DNA of 64,000 bases, taken from positions 28,334,001-28,398,000 of the forward strand of contig CM022672.1 of the NCBI GenBank assembly GCA_012295275.1, in the 5' to 3' direction. Origin of the DNA: Chrysomallon squamiferum. Its lineage: Eukaryota > Animalia > Mollusca. The position numbers and the translations under genes are program-made. The notes beneath the pieces were generated by a model, which ran no database searches, was not told the DNA's origin, and saw only the letters and a program-made list of their open reading frames with translations. Shown one piece after another: positions 44,132-57,511 of the stretch. The first letter of the stretch is position 1, and each line of letters begins with the position of its first letter.

Positions 44132-44209
44132 GTTTAGCGGACTTACCTCCAATGTCAGAAAGTCAGACATTTGGAAATCAGATGAGAACATTTGATCACT
44201 CGACACAAG
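44132..44209 (+). CDS. LMX1: Lmx1 exon (SLADLPPMSESQTFGNQMRTFDHSTQ)
   Basis: Acceptor TATCAG, donor G|GTTAGC, phase 1/1. Confidence 0.75.
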
Positions 44210-44484
44210 GTTAGCATTTTTATAACAACAAAATTTCTAAATATGTAATCTTGTAATGACAGCAGAATTAAAGTATAATATCAACACATACATCTTTAAC
44301 AAAATATTTTCGTGTAATTTTACACTTTATGAAACAATTTGTTATGAGTGGAACTGACCAAAAACCGATGCAGTCTATGGAAACGTTACTTGTGGGTCAT
44401 CGTTACAAATTAATGTGTGTGTGTGTGCGTGTGTGTGTATACATGTGTTTATTATTATTATTATTATTATTATTATATCTACAG

Positions 44485-44681
44485 GACATTTATTCTCTAA
44501 CAACAACCTCTCTGACGGGATTTACTCCGAGTCTCAGCTACAACTGGAGGAGAATGAAGCAATAGACCAGATGTTGATGAACGACAACGGCAACCACAAC
44601 CACCTCAGCGCAGGAGCGTCTCTCATCAACCCTATAGATAAATTATACTCGATGCAAAGCTCATACTTCAGCGGAGAGTGA
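44485..44681 (+). CDS. LMX1: Lmx1 terminal exon with the conserved NPIDKLYSMQSSYF motif
   Basis: Acceptor CTACAG; TGA ends at 44681. Confidence 0.92.
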
Positions 44682-46775
44682 ATGTTGTAAAAAAAAAAAA
44701 AATTATATATATTTTATTAACTTATATATATTTATGGGCAAACACGTGAAAAGTCAGGCGCTTTTTTTTTTTTCTTTAACTCTAAGGAAAGAGAAAAGAA
44801 AAAACTATCGTCTTTGTGAATCGTATGACGCTCTGTGATCATAAAAGGAAAAACAGACGTTTGTAGATGGTTTGGTTGTGTCCCAGTAACAACACACCTA
44901 TACAAACGTATAAAGAATGTTTTTCGAGTGAGGTAAATAATATTTTTCGCACAAGTTATGTTTTAGCAAAAGCAGAATATTATCTCTATATATGTCTTAA
45001 ATATCAAATTGCACTTACAATAATTTTGACCTAGGAGTGTAGGATAATAATTTTTATTTTATTTTATATATTATTTAATATTATTTATCAATGAACACTT
45101 TTTTTTTCTTTTTTTTAATGATAACCACAGCTACTCATCAAAATTTCGTTTGACTAATCACCACTAACATTAATATGGACATAATATCCCTGAAATGAGT
45201 AATAAGTAAGGACACTGGACGACAACCTTTGAATCTTTGAAGTCCACATCGAAAAAAAAAAAAAAAAATCCCTGTGAAAAAGCTCTTCAAATGAACTAGG
45301 TATAAGCATCACAGAACCTGATAGACAGATCTTCAAAACGAAAGACAAAGCTGTTTCTGCCATCATTACGAGATCTCGATTAATCTTCCATAACGAAGAA
45401 CGTTTTGGGATCTTCCAAGACAATTTTTCATTTTGAAATTAGTGACCATTCTGACAATTAATAGTTCAAAATAATCAAGATTTCAAGAAGAGTTCGCAAT
45501 CTAGACGTCCACTATTACATTTTTCGGCAAAATAGATTATTTTGTCATCAGTTACATCAGCATTACATGGTAATTTTGAAAAACAAAAATGGCAAACATG
45601 TTGTGTTTCTATTTACCAGAGAATAATTTTTGTTTTAGTTTTCACGAGAAGATGGATTAAAAATTGGCCAAAAATAATTCTACATATTATTAGTTCGAAA
45701 AGGATGATTCGTTTATATATGATAAAATTTCAAGGAATACGTAAACATATATTTGAAAGTGCAATAGTGCGAACGCGCACACTCAGCTGAAACATGCTTC
45801 TTCCCAAGTAGATTATGTATTAAGTTAGTGTTCTAAATACATACTTTTCAGAATGACTTCTTTATTACTGTTCGTGTATTCGTTGTAGGTGTTGTTGGAA
45901 TATCTTTTCATTTTAATGTATATTTTATACACTGCTACATTGATTTTTGTTAAAAATCATTATGCTTTCAATAGAATAGAATATTCTGAAGTTATTCTGA
46001 TTTTATTCTTATCCACGTCATTCGGAAAAAACAAAAATAACTTTAAATAGTACCAAGAACTTTATGATTGGTCAATTATTTAAATAAATTAGGGCATTTT
46101 ATTTTATTAAAAAGTTGGGCATTGTAACTGGAAATAAACATCAAATCAGATAGCTGTATTTTGATCAATGTGTCCTAACACGAGGCGATAATGATTTGTT
46201 TACAATCTTTACCGCCAAATCACTTTTTTTTTCCCTCCAGAAGATACAAAAGAGTTCGCGCGTAATGACAGTCACTGATGCGCAAATCGGGAAAAAATCG
46301 GTCAGCGTTTGGAGACGAAACTGGTCTGAGGTCAGAACCTCATTCTGGCATACTTATAATAATAATTAAGTGATTATTCAAAAATTCCCTAGCATTCAAA
46401 TATGTCTTAAAAGAGATTTTAAAATATATTTTTGTCACATTCCTTATAATAAAATGAACATTCCAGAAGAAGACGAAAAAGAAACAAGCTTAATAAACTT
46501 GGCATTTTCTAATTTTTAATACGTGCATAGGTTTAACATGAAATTACATTTTTCATCTGCACGTGCAGTAATAAAAACATTTTATCAGTTGTTTAAATCT
46601 TATTAATACTTAAGGTTGCATGTTATGTTTCTATTTATTTTTCTTTTAAAATTTTGTTTATTTATTTATTATGTCAGAAATACGTATGTTATTCTAAATT
46701 CATTTTAGTGGATTTGAAGTGAATGTTCATGTCAAGTTTATTATTATTATTTTGTTAAAGTATCAGTTTGAAGTT

Positions 46776-46781
46776 AATAAA
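46776..46781 (+). terminator. Candidate Lmx1 polyadenylation signal
   Basis: AATAAA followed by a T/GT-rich tract. Several other AATAAA hexamers lie nearby, so this is weak. Confidence 0.3.
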
Positions 46782-46978
46782 ATGGATTTATAACTACCAT
46801 TTGTTAAGTATTATTTGTCACTGGAGGGCTTACTTCCATTGAAAGGACTTTGTATTATTTGTTTTAAATATTGTTAATATCAGATTTAGTATCATATCAC
46901 TTGTTGAATCACATATTACGATCAGATTAATTCAAAATTCTGACGCAAGTTTATAGAATTAAAAATATCTTGGTATAT

Positions 46979-47013
<35 letters not shown>

Positions 47014-47977
47014 TGGAGCCTAAATCTGATACTTTAAATGTTTCAATTACATTTTTTAATGTTCATGACAGTTTGACATCATCTTAATTATTACAGTGGT
47101 TTTCTTTTTTAACAAAACAGAACAAAATAAAACCTAGCGATATTCTTTATATAATTCCTAGTTATCACTGCTTATCTCCTCTCTCACAATAACATGTTCA
47201 GTTCTCCAAATAAACAAAATAAATAAAAAGTCAGTTTTATATTTTTTGCATCATTAACATCACTCTGAACCTCTTTCTCATTTCTGAGAAAGTATACCAA
47301 ACCATTAATTTTGATTCATTTCAGTTAAAGCTGAGTGCTTCATAGCACATTCTTTATGAACAGCAAGAATTCTCTTTCCAATGAAGATAAGTAATAATTA
47401 AAAAAACAGAAACATGCAAAAACGTGATGTCTTTGGAATACTTGGGGTAATCATGACCTGACACAAAAGCAGAATCTACTCTGTATATAAAAATATATTC
47501 TGATAATTATTTGTATCCTGACTACACTGTACATTGTTGTTAAAATCCCTGATAGTTGAAGTAACTTAAAGGTATTAGACCATTTTGGGAACCATTTTGA
47601 GAAAATGCCATTAAACTTGCTGCTCATATTTTTGTATACATTTTCATTAGCTGTCTGTCATATGCAACAAAATTTTCAAAAGCTTATTAAAAGCAGTTTT
47701 GCAATGGATTCGATCTATTTTACCTCATAAAACTAATATGAAAATGTGTAATTAACAGTAGTGTCATTTCAGCCTTATCTTTAAAAAAAAATATATATTT
47801 TGAATGAAATAAGTTATTTTTGTTACAATTTAAGTTCTTCAGAATGCATCTGAGCCAAAACCCCAAAAGACTCTGTAGCTTACATATACCTGTATCAACA
47901 TACAGCTGTGTTTTTTCTTTTCTTTGCTGAGCAAACAGGTATTGTTTAAAATAACATTTGATTTATTAAAATAAAGT

Positions 47978-48001
<24 letters not shown>

Positions 48002-48012
<11 letters not shown>

Positions 48013-48055
48013 ACTGCACTAGTTGTTGCTAATTCAGTATGTATGTGTGTGTGTG

Positions 48056-48095
<40 letters not shown>

Positions 48096-48137
48096 TACAT
48101 ACTGAATTAGCAACAACTAGTGCAGTAAAAAAAAAAA
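48002..48137. repeat. Palindrome centred on a (TG)n(TA)n(CA)n microsatellite
   Basis: T(n)ACTGCACTAGTTGTTGCTAATTCAGTATGTATGTGTG... pairs exactly with ...CACACATACATACTGAATTAGCAACAACTAGTGCAGTA(n). Confidence 0.92.
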
Positions 48138-48207
48138 TTAAAATGAAAGTATACTAAACTGTATTTGAAATGGCTTTCAAATTAAACAAAAATGTTTGCA
48201 GAAGCTT

Positions 48208-48213
48208 TTTATT
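48208..48213 (-). terminator. Candidate UBR4 polyadenylation signal
   Basis: AATAAA on the minus strand, about 1.9 kb past the stop codon. Confidence 0.35.
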
Positions 48214-50121
48214 GCACAACTGACAACAGAAAAAAATTACAGAGAAATCACAAATTCATCAAATAAAAGATTCTACACCTTTAACTATTTTGCAACAGAT
48301 TAATTTCAACTGAACTTTAGTGTAACTGTCCAAACTATTAACGTTCTTTCAGTCTGATGTTTTAATGTCAGTATAAAAACCATAAACATAATAAATTAAA
48401 AATTATTAATTATATCACTATTTAACATTTCAAATCTAATTTAATTTATAAATATTTTTAATGTCAAAAAAGGAAAGACAATAATAACACTAAAATGGAC
48501 AATGCAGTATTGAAAGGTAAAACAAATACAACTGTGATTTCAGATTTTTAAGAGTGGTGGAAACTGGTGAGAAATAAATCTTGTATTTCATATATCGAGG
48601 CTAGTAAGCATCTAAGATGCAGATGACCACACCTGGTTCAGACAGTGATGAATTATAAGGAGTCTTTTGTAACAGCTGTGGTCATAAATGCCAAACAAAT
48701 AGTTGTGTTGTTCAAAAGATTTACATCAATCAGTGATTGTTGAAATTGCCTTTTGAAACAAATTTGTCATCTGGAAAAATTAAAACAAAAGTAACCAACC
48801 TCTAAATGACCAATTAAAATCAGGTATTCATTGTTCTTTGTGACACATTTGATATTTATCAGTGATGGTGTGCTATAAGTTTTTTAATTAAAAATGCTAC
48901 ACATATCATTTTTCACAAACCGGTAATTAATCAAACTCTTAATGAAACATCAATATCAGGAATATTATCAAATAATGTATGCTTCAATAACAAAACAGTG
49001 ACTAAATCTGACTGCATCAAACTGGCTATCACCTTAAAATTAAATAAACAAAGATATTCAACAACTTGGCATTTTAATAAAATAGGAATCAATAGTTAGA
49101 TGTTAATAATTTCTGAAAGGTTAAATCAAGATGTTGGGTTATATAGGTTTTCTTTTTGATTTATTAATAACAAAAATCAAGGGAAGAAGAACGTGTAAAA
49201 TGTAGTTTGAAACAAAACAAAAATGTTACTGCTGAACATTCCTTTTTGTACAAATTCAGTGTCACACAAAATGTCTTTTAAAATCACATATTACATAGCA
49301 AGTTCTTAATGTGTGCATAAAGTGTCAAATCACAAACTGAAATAGAACTCATGTTACTCTGTAACTCACACAATGAAGCAGTGGTGTATGTATATATGTA
49401 TATATATATATATAGGTGAAAAATTTAGAATTTCAAGTGTAAAGATAAAAAAAACATTACATGAAACTGGAAAACAAATTGTGAGTTGGAAACTGATCAG
49501 TCCCTGGATGTGTATTGGGAAACTGGTAACTGATACAAATGTATTCACAAGTATCCTATTATATGATGCATAATCTTTAAGTTTACTACAGATTATTGCC
49601 GTGTTTTTCCAAAATACCAATAATCTGTAATGTTCTCTGCAGAAAACAAAAAAGAAGGAGAAGTATGTCAATACTGAGAAAGTGCATTTTTCAAAAATTA
49701 CAAATGAATTAAAATAATATATGACATTTATTTTGTGTAAGAGGTGCAAACTCAAAAAAAAAATGTATTTCACAACTGATCAGAAGTTGTATATCCAAGA
49801 TCAGAGAAAATAAATGTTTTGACATGTGGCAAAAAAGAACTGTTATCTGTCCAATGAAGAGCTATATCAATATGTATGTTTTTTTAGCTAAGAATAATCC
49901 AAATGAAATAACAAAAATCCTAGAACTATGTAAGTAAAAATCCACCAAAAACATCAAAAAAAAGAAGAAGAAGAAAGTCTTTCTCTAAGTACATAGTAAA
50001 CAACAATATTCACCAATAAAAAGTGCACAAAGCTAAACATTTAAATAAAATACAGTTTTTTCACTGAATGTAACAGCTCTGTCAAAATAACATCAGTGTT
50101 GTAACAGGCTCTGTCTGTTAT

Positions 50122-50186
50122 TTAAGGTAGAGCAGCCAAAAGTTTAGTCATAAACTCACTAGGACTGGCTATTTCACTCAACATAC
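50122..50186 (-). CDS. UBR4: UBR4 last exon (GMLSEIASPSEFMTKLLAALP*)
   Basis: Acceptor TTGCAG, phase 1; TAA at 50124-50122. Confidence 0.88.
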
Positions 50187-50244
50187 CTGCAATGATAACA
50201 ACATATTCTTAACAGTGTCTGCATGCATGCATACACGTACATAT

Positions 50245-50291
<47 letters not shown>

Positions 50292-50588
50292 AATAACACA
50301 TCCTATGTATATATATTTGTTACGAAATTAATGCAATAAAAAAGTATTCCATGCATTAACAAAATAACATGTATATTTCTTAAAATTTATTTTTCATACA
50401 ATTCAAAGGAAAAGTACCTCACATGAAGTAAGTGGGCTAAGATCAGATGAACATGCAACATTCAACATACACACCATTCTCTTTGTGTTAATGATTCTAT
50501 CCATCATTATAAGCGAAAGAAAATTTAAAGCAAAGTAATGCATTAAAAACTTAATAATGCTGTAAGTAAAATGAACACAATGTCATAC

Positions 50589-50748
50589 CAATTACATCTA
50601 GGAACTCTTCAAAAGATTCACATGGAAGCATTTCATTCTGGTAGAGAGTAAGAATGTTGTCACATGAATCGAGCACTGCGCGGTCATTGTACCGAATATA
50701 CTCAGCCAGTGCATTACTCCATGATACGCCACTGGTCACTGTCACCTT
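50589..50748 (-). CDS. UBR4: UBR4 exon
   Basis: KVTVTSGVSWSNALAEYIRYNDRAVLDSCDNILTLYQNEMLPCESFEEFLDVI. Confidence 0.93.
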
Positions 50749-50888
50749 CTGAAACCATCATTAACATAATATTATTTAAATGTAATGTTAGAAACTGAGA
50801 AACTCACTCGTACCAGTTAAATAGCTTCAAGTAAAGAAATATTAAAAATGAAATATTAGACCACTTTTTGACATTGATATGTGTAAGT

Positions 50889-52292
50889 GTAGGTTCTGGC
50901 AGCCTAGCCGACATAATTGGTCAAACTGTTAAAAGTTCAGATTTTGTCCATTTTCCTCCACTCCCAAATCCTTTCTATAAAACATACCATTAAAAACAAA
51001 TACATGGAAATGAAGATCATTATGTGTTCTTTTAAATGGTGGTGATGTTTTTGTTGTATTTTAAATCAGTTCTTTGTATGAGAGTGTTAAATGCAGTGGG
51101 GATAAATGCATTTTGGTGCCCATGGTCAGCAATTAACAGCAAGGAGTAAAAAGTCCTAAAATAGGGTCACTCTACAAACGCCTGGCTTGTCTTTGCAAAA
51201 ATGGCTTTAATGTAGGAGGGTCAAAGTTCAATCTTTCTAACAGTTTGCACGTCGTCAATGGCAATGGTTTATATCAAAAGTCGAGTTTTTCTTGCCTTCA
51301 AACCAGTTTTAAAAAAAACTGGCTGAAAATAAAAGCTACATTCGCAGGATCAAATGAAAGTTTATTCAATTACCTTTCAAACAACTAAAAGAACTGGCAC
51401 TATTTGAAATGATTATATTGCTATGTTGACTGTATTCTTAATAACTTGTAGTATGCATGTTTTATGACTTTTACTGAATATAATATGAATACGTTCTGAA
51501 ATAAACAAATTAACATTGTTTTGCCAATTACTATCTTCCATTCTAAAACAGTCGATTATTTAGCTTTCAAAATTCTTGCAATAGACAGCAAATTCAGATT
51601 CGTAAACACAACAAACAGAACAATGTATTCAGAGGTATTGATGGAATGCTGAATAACAATCTAATCACTTTTTTTAAAATGTAAAATCATAAATTGATCA
51701 GTTTTAAAACATTATTTTTGCTTGTTGATAAGCTCTATCAGAGAAAATTTCAACAATGGTCAGATGATAGGTAACTTTTGTTTGCTGTCGAATCACAGCA
51801 AGTACAAAGCTAAGAAAAGTTTTTTATGTCTGCTTCAGATGACAGACTTATCACACCTGTGTCTTTAATTGCCTCTAGTCTCATGATTACATACATTTTA
51901 TTGTCTCTAATTAATACCTGCAACACCTTACTGGAATAGACTCCAAGGATTAGCTGAGTTTATGTATTGCAGAGGATTATAGTTAAACATCAAATACTTG
52001 TAGTCCTTTTAAGTCACTTTTATATATATATATATCACAGTATCTTAACTTATTACTACTAATTATTTAATAGTGCGAAAATTCAAGCTGCTTATATAAA
52101 TAAAGCTGTGCTGTTCAATATAAATTGAAAAGGTAATTTTTTTTTTTATGGGTTTGGCGGGAAAAAAAAAAAAAAAACATGTGCCAAAACACGGCTGAAA
52201 ACGGGCCAATACCTGTTGTACCAATTTGCATATATCTTTTGAACCGCTGGAGATATTATATAAATTAGAAAACATTTGCCTGCCAGTACCTA
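50889..52292. mobile_element. Non-autonomous TIR DNA transposon, copy A (about 1.4 kb)
   Basis: Ends GTAGGTTCTGGCAG and CTGCCAGTACCTA. It is homologous in inverted orientation to 57512-59415 and has no transposase ORF. Confidence 0.8.
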
Positions 52293-52594
52293 GTATGTGA
52301 TTAAAAATAATAATTTCTTAAATTATAAGAAAAACATAAAATATTTTGAGATTACTGTGCATGAAGATATCTTTGCTTGTCATAACTCCAAGTGTGAAAA
52401 AAAAATAAAAAGAAGAATATAAAATATTACTAAATAGCTAACAATAAAATATATTAATGTGACAAAGACAACAAATAAAAATACTAAAGAATAACAATAC
52501 TAACAGTAATCATAATTATAATAATAATTCCTCACTTTTCATTTTTTTCTACAGAAAAATGTATTATTAAAAGACAGCCAACATGTATACTGAC

Positions 52595-52694
52595 CTTGAA
52601 CATTTCTTCATACTGAGCATTCACCATTCCAAAGAAAAGCAGAATCTGTTTATAAACTGAGTACTCTTTGGGTGATTTTTTGTCAATAGGTACT
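52595..52694 (-). CDS. UBR4: UBR4 exon
   Basis: VPIDKKSPKEYSVYKQILLFFGMVNAQYEEMFK; donor GTCAGT, phase 0. Confidence 0.9.
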
Positions 52695-53762
52695 CTGTGT
52701 GAAAAGAAAAATTAACTCTGCGACAACATGTTCATACACATAAACAATCATGTAAGTCAGTTTTTAATTTATTTTTTTAATTTAGAAAACTAACAATTTT
52801 TTGGTTACAAAAAAATCTGCAAGTTGATATGAGTGTGATTTGCTGATCTGTGCTATATTACGATTGTGCTGTGCTATCTTACACTCCCATGATTAAGTGA
52901 CAGTCTTGAAATCATGCTAGGCACATCCTCTGTGCTTTACTGATCCTTTGCTATGTCACTGTTAGGCCTAATCAATAACCATTAGAACAGTTCCTGATTT
53001 TCAAAGGATCATATGGAATGCCAAACTTGTCAAGTGTTAAATTTAGTGTTTTAAAATATTAATTTTATATATTTTTGTTTTTAAAATTCACTTCGTCTAC
53101 TTTCTTTTAGTTATATATCCTATGATATAATCCTTGATTTTAGATATATAATGTATTTATATTCAATGAATAGGCCATGTTCATTAGGTCACAATTTTTA
53201 TATTAACTGCATTACAAAAAAGTGTCCCTCAAATTCAATGTGGGGGTGCATAATGTATTAAATATAAAAATATAAATAAATTTTGCCAATGCAGGTTTTA
53301 GTTACAAATATATGCACATCATGATGGATATAAAAAAAACAAAAAAACTTTAGATACAACTGCTGAATATAGGTGTTACTTATTATCAAATTAATAATTA
53401 TGACTTACATACATGCTATAAGACTTACAATAAAGAAAATGTTGTGCAGTGTTGAAAAGAACAATTCCTGATAATGGTAAAATATTGAAATTCTAATTTT
53501 TTGGCTTCTATTTTTGCTATTTTTAATGTTGGAACATCACACAAGTCAAACATTAAAATCTGAATACATGAAATTATATTAACATCCACAATGATGTGCC
53601 AATTGATTCGCCGTGCACAGTTTGAGAATGTAGCTTGTTTTACTAATTATCAGAATATGCAGCACAATCTTAAAATAGTGCAGACTGGCAAATATTACTA
53701 AATAAAAAGATATGAATTAAAATAAAGAAAACATTCAAATAAAGACTGTTGTGATATCTTAC

Positions 53763-53902
53763 GTTTTAGCACCAATCTGACAGACGTGACGACAGTGTGC
53801 TGTCACCAGGAGGCGCTGAAGAAATGAGACACGATGTTCCTGCCATTTGTCTGGTGCATAAACCAACATGGCCAACACAGTGAAGTAGAGTGGTCCATCA
53901 GC
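53763..53902 (-). CDS. UBR4: UBR4 exon
   Basis: ADGPLYFTVLAMLVYAPDKWQEHRVSFLQRLLVTAHCRHVCQIGAK. Confidence 0.93.
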
Positions 53903-54675
53903 CTGCACAGATAAATGAAAAAAACTAAATTAATTACATGAATAAATATGAAAATGAGGATGATGACATTACTTTAAAGGACTGTTTTCTGGATGTTTGG
54001 TGATTCTGAGTCTTCAAAGAGTGTTGCTTTGTTTGTATATTTGCTTAATGACAACCAATCACAAAAAATAAACTTGGCTTTTGGGTGTAGTTAAAAGGTA
54101 AACAACACAATTATTTAAATCAAGTCAGTGTAAATAGCAGACTTACAATATATCTGCCTATCAATAGGTGCAAGTGTGCATACACACACACATACACACG
54201 CATACACACATGCTTATAAAAGAAAAATAGATAATGTTATCTGATACTTTTATAATTTCTTGCAATATGCAGTCGCTTTAAAAAATTTTTAAAACAAGAT
54301 GTGCATCAAATCTAAACAACTCCATTGCTTCTTCATTATAAAATATATTGTTTCGAACTTGTTTTAGTCTGGACAATCCACTAAAATATGAGCCACTGTC
54401 AACAAACACTGACAGCTGAGGTGAATGATCCTTTTTCAATCATAAAAATAAGCAAGGCCAATATGAGAGTGACATAAGACAACTTTTTCATTCCTTGACT
54501 ATCTAAAGGAAGACTGCTAAAGTACCAAGTCAAAGCCTGATCACAGTATATTGTCTGCTCTTTCTAACCAATTCCATCTAAATTTATTTTTTAACTAATT
54601 TGCCAGTAACCTTTAGCTGAGAATTACACTGAGCTAACATACAGTATAAAAATTCAGACAACTTCCATTATTTAC

Positions 54676-54760
54676 CTCAAAACAATTTTCCACCCATTTT
54701 TCTTTTGCCATGTCTAGAAAGTTCTGCACACTCTTCTCATCTCTCACTGCAGATCTTGTT
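54676..54760 (-). CDS. UBR4: UBR4 exon
   Basis: TRSAVRDEKSVQNFLDMAKEKWVENCFE. Confidence 0.92.
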
Positions 54761-54936
54761 CTGAAAATAGAGTAACTAAAATCTAAAATATTTCTTTGTA
54801 ATACATTTATACATGCCTCCTCTGATATGATAACTAAAGCTAATCTATCATTATCTCTGACATCAAAAGAGTTTCTTAAATTTTATACAAGACAGCTATC
54901 AAAGGTATTTCAAAAATATATCAACAACAACAATAA

Positions 54937-55011
54937 TATAGGATCATTCTGTGTCAAATCACCCAATGGTGGGTTTTTTGGTGGGGTGATTTGACATGGA
55001 ATGACTCTATA
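54937..55011. mobile_element. About 75-bp hairpin mini-MITE
   Basis: TATAGGATCATTCTGTGTCAAATCACCC ... GGGTGATTTGACATGGAATGACTCTATA: 28-bp imperfect arms flanked by TA. Confidence 0.6.
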
Positions 55012-55028
55012 ATATTTTTTCAACTTAC

Positions 55029-55223
55029 GTGTTGATGACATAGAGGGCCATGTGAATCATGTAAGGTAACACATACATATTGCTCTGTCGACCTCCACCT
55101 CCACTTTCATCACTGAATGATTTCTCATTGGCAAAGCGCATCAGTAACATTTTAATGTCATGTACAGTGAACAGGTGGCTTGGATCTCTCACACCTGTAC
55201 ACTCTTGCAGGTAGTTATTGTGT
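55029..55223 (-). CDS. UBR4: UBR4 exon
   Basis: HNNYLQECTGVRDPSHLFTVHDIKMLLMRFANEKSFSDESGGGGRQSNMYVLPYMIHMALYVIN. Confidence 0.95.
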
Positions 55224-55581
55224 CTGTAAAAAGTTAAAAAAAATAATAATAAATAAATAAAAAAATAAAATAAAATAATAATTATTACTTTTTTAAATAA
55301 AGAGAAAAGCAGTAAATGGTGATATAACTGACTAACTAGGGGCAAAAATGATAATAATAAATCACGAATTTTCAAAATTGCTATTAATATTTAAAATCAC
55401 TGCACACTGTAGAAAGAAAGAAATTTAACATCTAGCAATCTAGATGTCTAACAGTTCAGTTTCAAAAAATTATTAATCTTCTTAAATTCAAAATCACCAT
55501 TAAAAAGAATACTTCAGTTTCCGGTCACAGTATCTATCATTTACTAAACACTTAATATACAGTTGTGACTTAGAGGCTGAC

Positions 55582-55707
55582 CTTGCCAAACATGTTGCAA
55601 ACACTGACTCCTGAACCTGCGGACCCCACAGGGGAAGTAAACCATTACACTTAGTGTTAGCATTCTGCAGAGCAGCACTTTCCCACTCCTCACGACCTCT
55701 AGCATGT
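55582..55707 (-). CDS. UBR4: UBR4 exon
   Basis: [41 protein letters not shown]. Confidence 0.95.
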
Positions 55708-55994
55708 CTAATAAAGATAATGATTTATCAATAAAAATAAACAAATGAATCTAGTTACTAAATATAACATCAAATAAACAACATATATATAAAAAACTAA
55801 AAAAAAAAACCTGTTTAAATAACAAATTAAGGTTGTACATTTGTTTTTCTTCTGAAAAGGTCATAAGAGAATTAATCTAAATATAACTATTTTACACCTG
55901 CCTGTTTATATAGGAAAGCTCATATATCAAACACACACATGCACGTGCACATGCAAAATAATGTGTGTATATGTTTAAACAGTAAATGAGGTAC

Positions 55995-56128
55995 CTGACA
56001 GCTGCGGCATGACAGTCAACATGTATAACATTGAAATGAGAAACTGTCGTGAGGCCAACTGATTTCCTAGTTTTATTCTCAAAGTCATCCAAGTTGGTTC
56101 TTCTTGTGAATGTGTACACAGCAAGAAC
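55995..56128 (-). CDS. UBR4: UBR4 exon (hemiRING HxxC)
   Basis: [44 protein letters not shown]. Confidence 0.95.
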
Positions 56129-56843
56129 CTAACAAAATTACATGAATCATTTAAGAATGTTAAGTTTATTCAGACTGAATATTTCTAAAAAAAAAAAAAA
56201 AAAAAATTGTAACAGTATTGCCATAACAATACAGAAAAGGTTTTTGTCCACATTAAAAATTTTTTAAAATAAATAAAATTTTGATTTTGAGCTAGTTTGA
56301 GAATGACCGACATCAAAATGATCAGAAATCTTTCACACACTTAAATTTCCGTGTTCAGATTTTTTAATAACATCCATTTTCAGTTCTAATATTAATGCAG
56401 TATGATTCTTCTGTGGAATTTTTGCACAAAATCTTGTAGAAGGAATGACAGTAACAAATAGTTTGTTTTATCTATAGCTATTATCAAGATAGTATATTTA
56501 ACTTTTTTCTTTGCTTTTTTTATTTTGTGTAACTGCTAATCCAGGCATACAGTACAATTATTTAGTAGCAAATAAGAAGCCACTAAAAAACTTAGTAATC
56601 TTAAAAAGCTTAGTAGAATATATCTTTATCAACTGCCTATAACATGTTTGTTTATCAGTTATGTCTGACGCTGCAATCAGACACCTAAGTTAATGCTCAT
56701 TTTGATCTTTCTCAACTCTTAATTAACATAGTGTAATTACACTATTTATTTTACTATTACATTTTATACAATTTGTTTATATATCATTGGTTAATAAATA
56801 ATCCATATAATTCCTAGTTGAATGGCAGTTACTTTTAACACAC

Positions 56844-56966
56844 CTTCTGTGGCTGGTATCGGTAACCCTCTCTACATATACAACAAGTCAAACCAGTTTC
56901 TTCTTTCAGTTCCTCCATCTGTTTCAGTACAGAGCTCTTCACAGTTACCTGCCCTTTCTCATTTGT
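56844..56966 (-). CDS. UBR4: UBR4 exon (hemiRING CxxC)
   Basis: [41 protein letters not shown]. Confidence 0.95.
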
Positions 56967-57232
56967 CTACAAATAAAACTTTTCTTTAATACCTTTAACA
57001 TAATTTTATTTACTTATAAAATAAATATCAAGTAAGATCCTAATTTAAAAATGTACTACTATTCTAAAAAATTAATTTAAATATGTTCTGGACTTCAGAC
57101 TACAACCTAAAACAGTATTTTTTTTTAAATTCATTAGCCTTTTAATAGATAAACAGAAATTATTTATTATGAACCAAATAATATTTTTTCCAAGTTTATT
57201 TCTGTTTCCATTTAAAATAAAATAATATTTAC

Positions 57233-57322
57233 TGTCATTCCCAAAGCTCCTAGTTGTTTCTTCCGCACAGCCATAGCTAAACGTTTCTTTTCTGCCTTTG
57301 TTTGTTGCCGTATTTCTTCAAT
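57233..57322 (-). CDS. UBR4: UBR4 exon
   Basis: IEEIRQQTKAEKKRLAMAVRKKQLGALGMT; phase 0/0. Confidence 0.94.
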
Positions 57323-57511
57323 CTTAAAAATATAACAAAACCCAAATGTAAATGAAATGATACTTGAATGACAAAGAAGATGAGAGACAAACACATCATA
57401 AACACAGACATGCACACACCCAAACACTCACACACCTCAATAAATGAAGCCATAGGGTAACTATTTCTATTCATTTTATCATTATACTTAAAAAAAGACA
57501 AAATACTCTAT

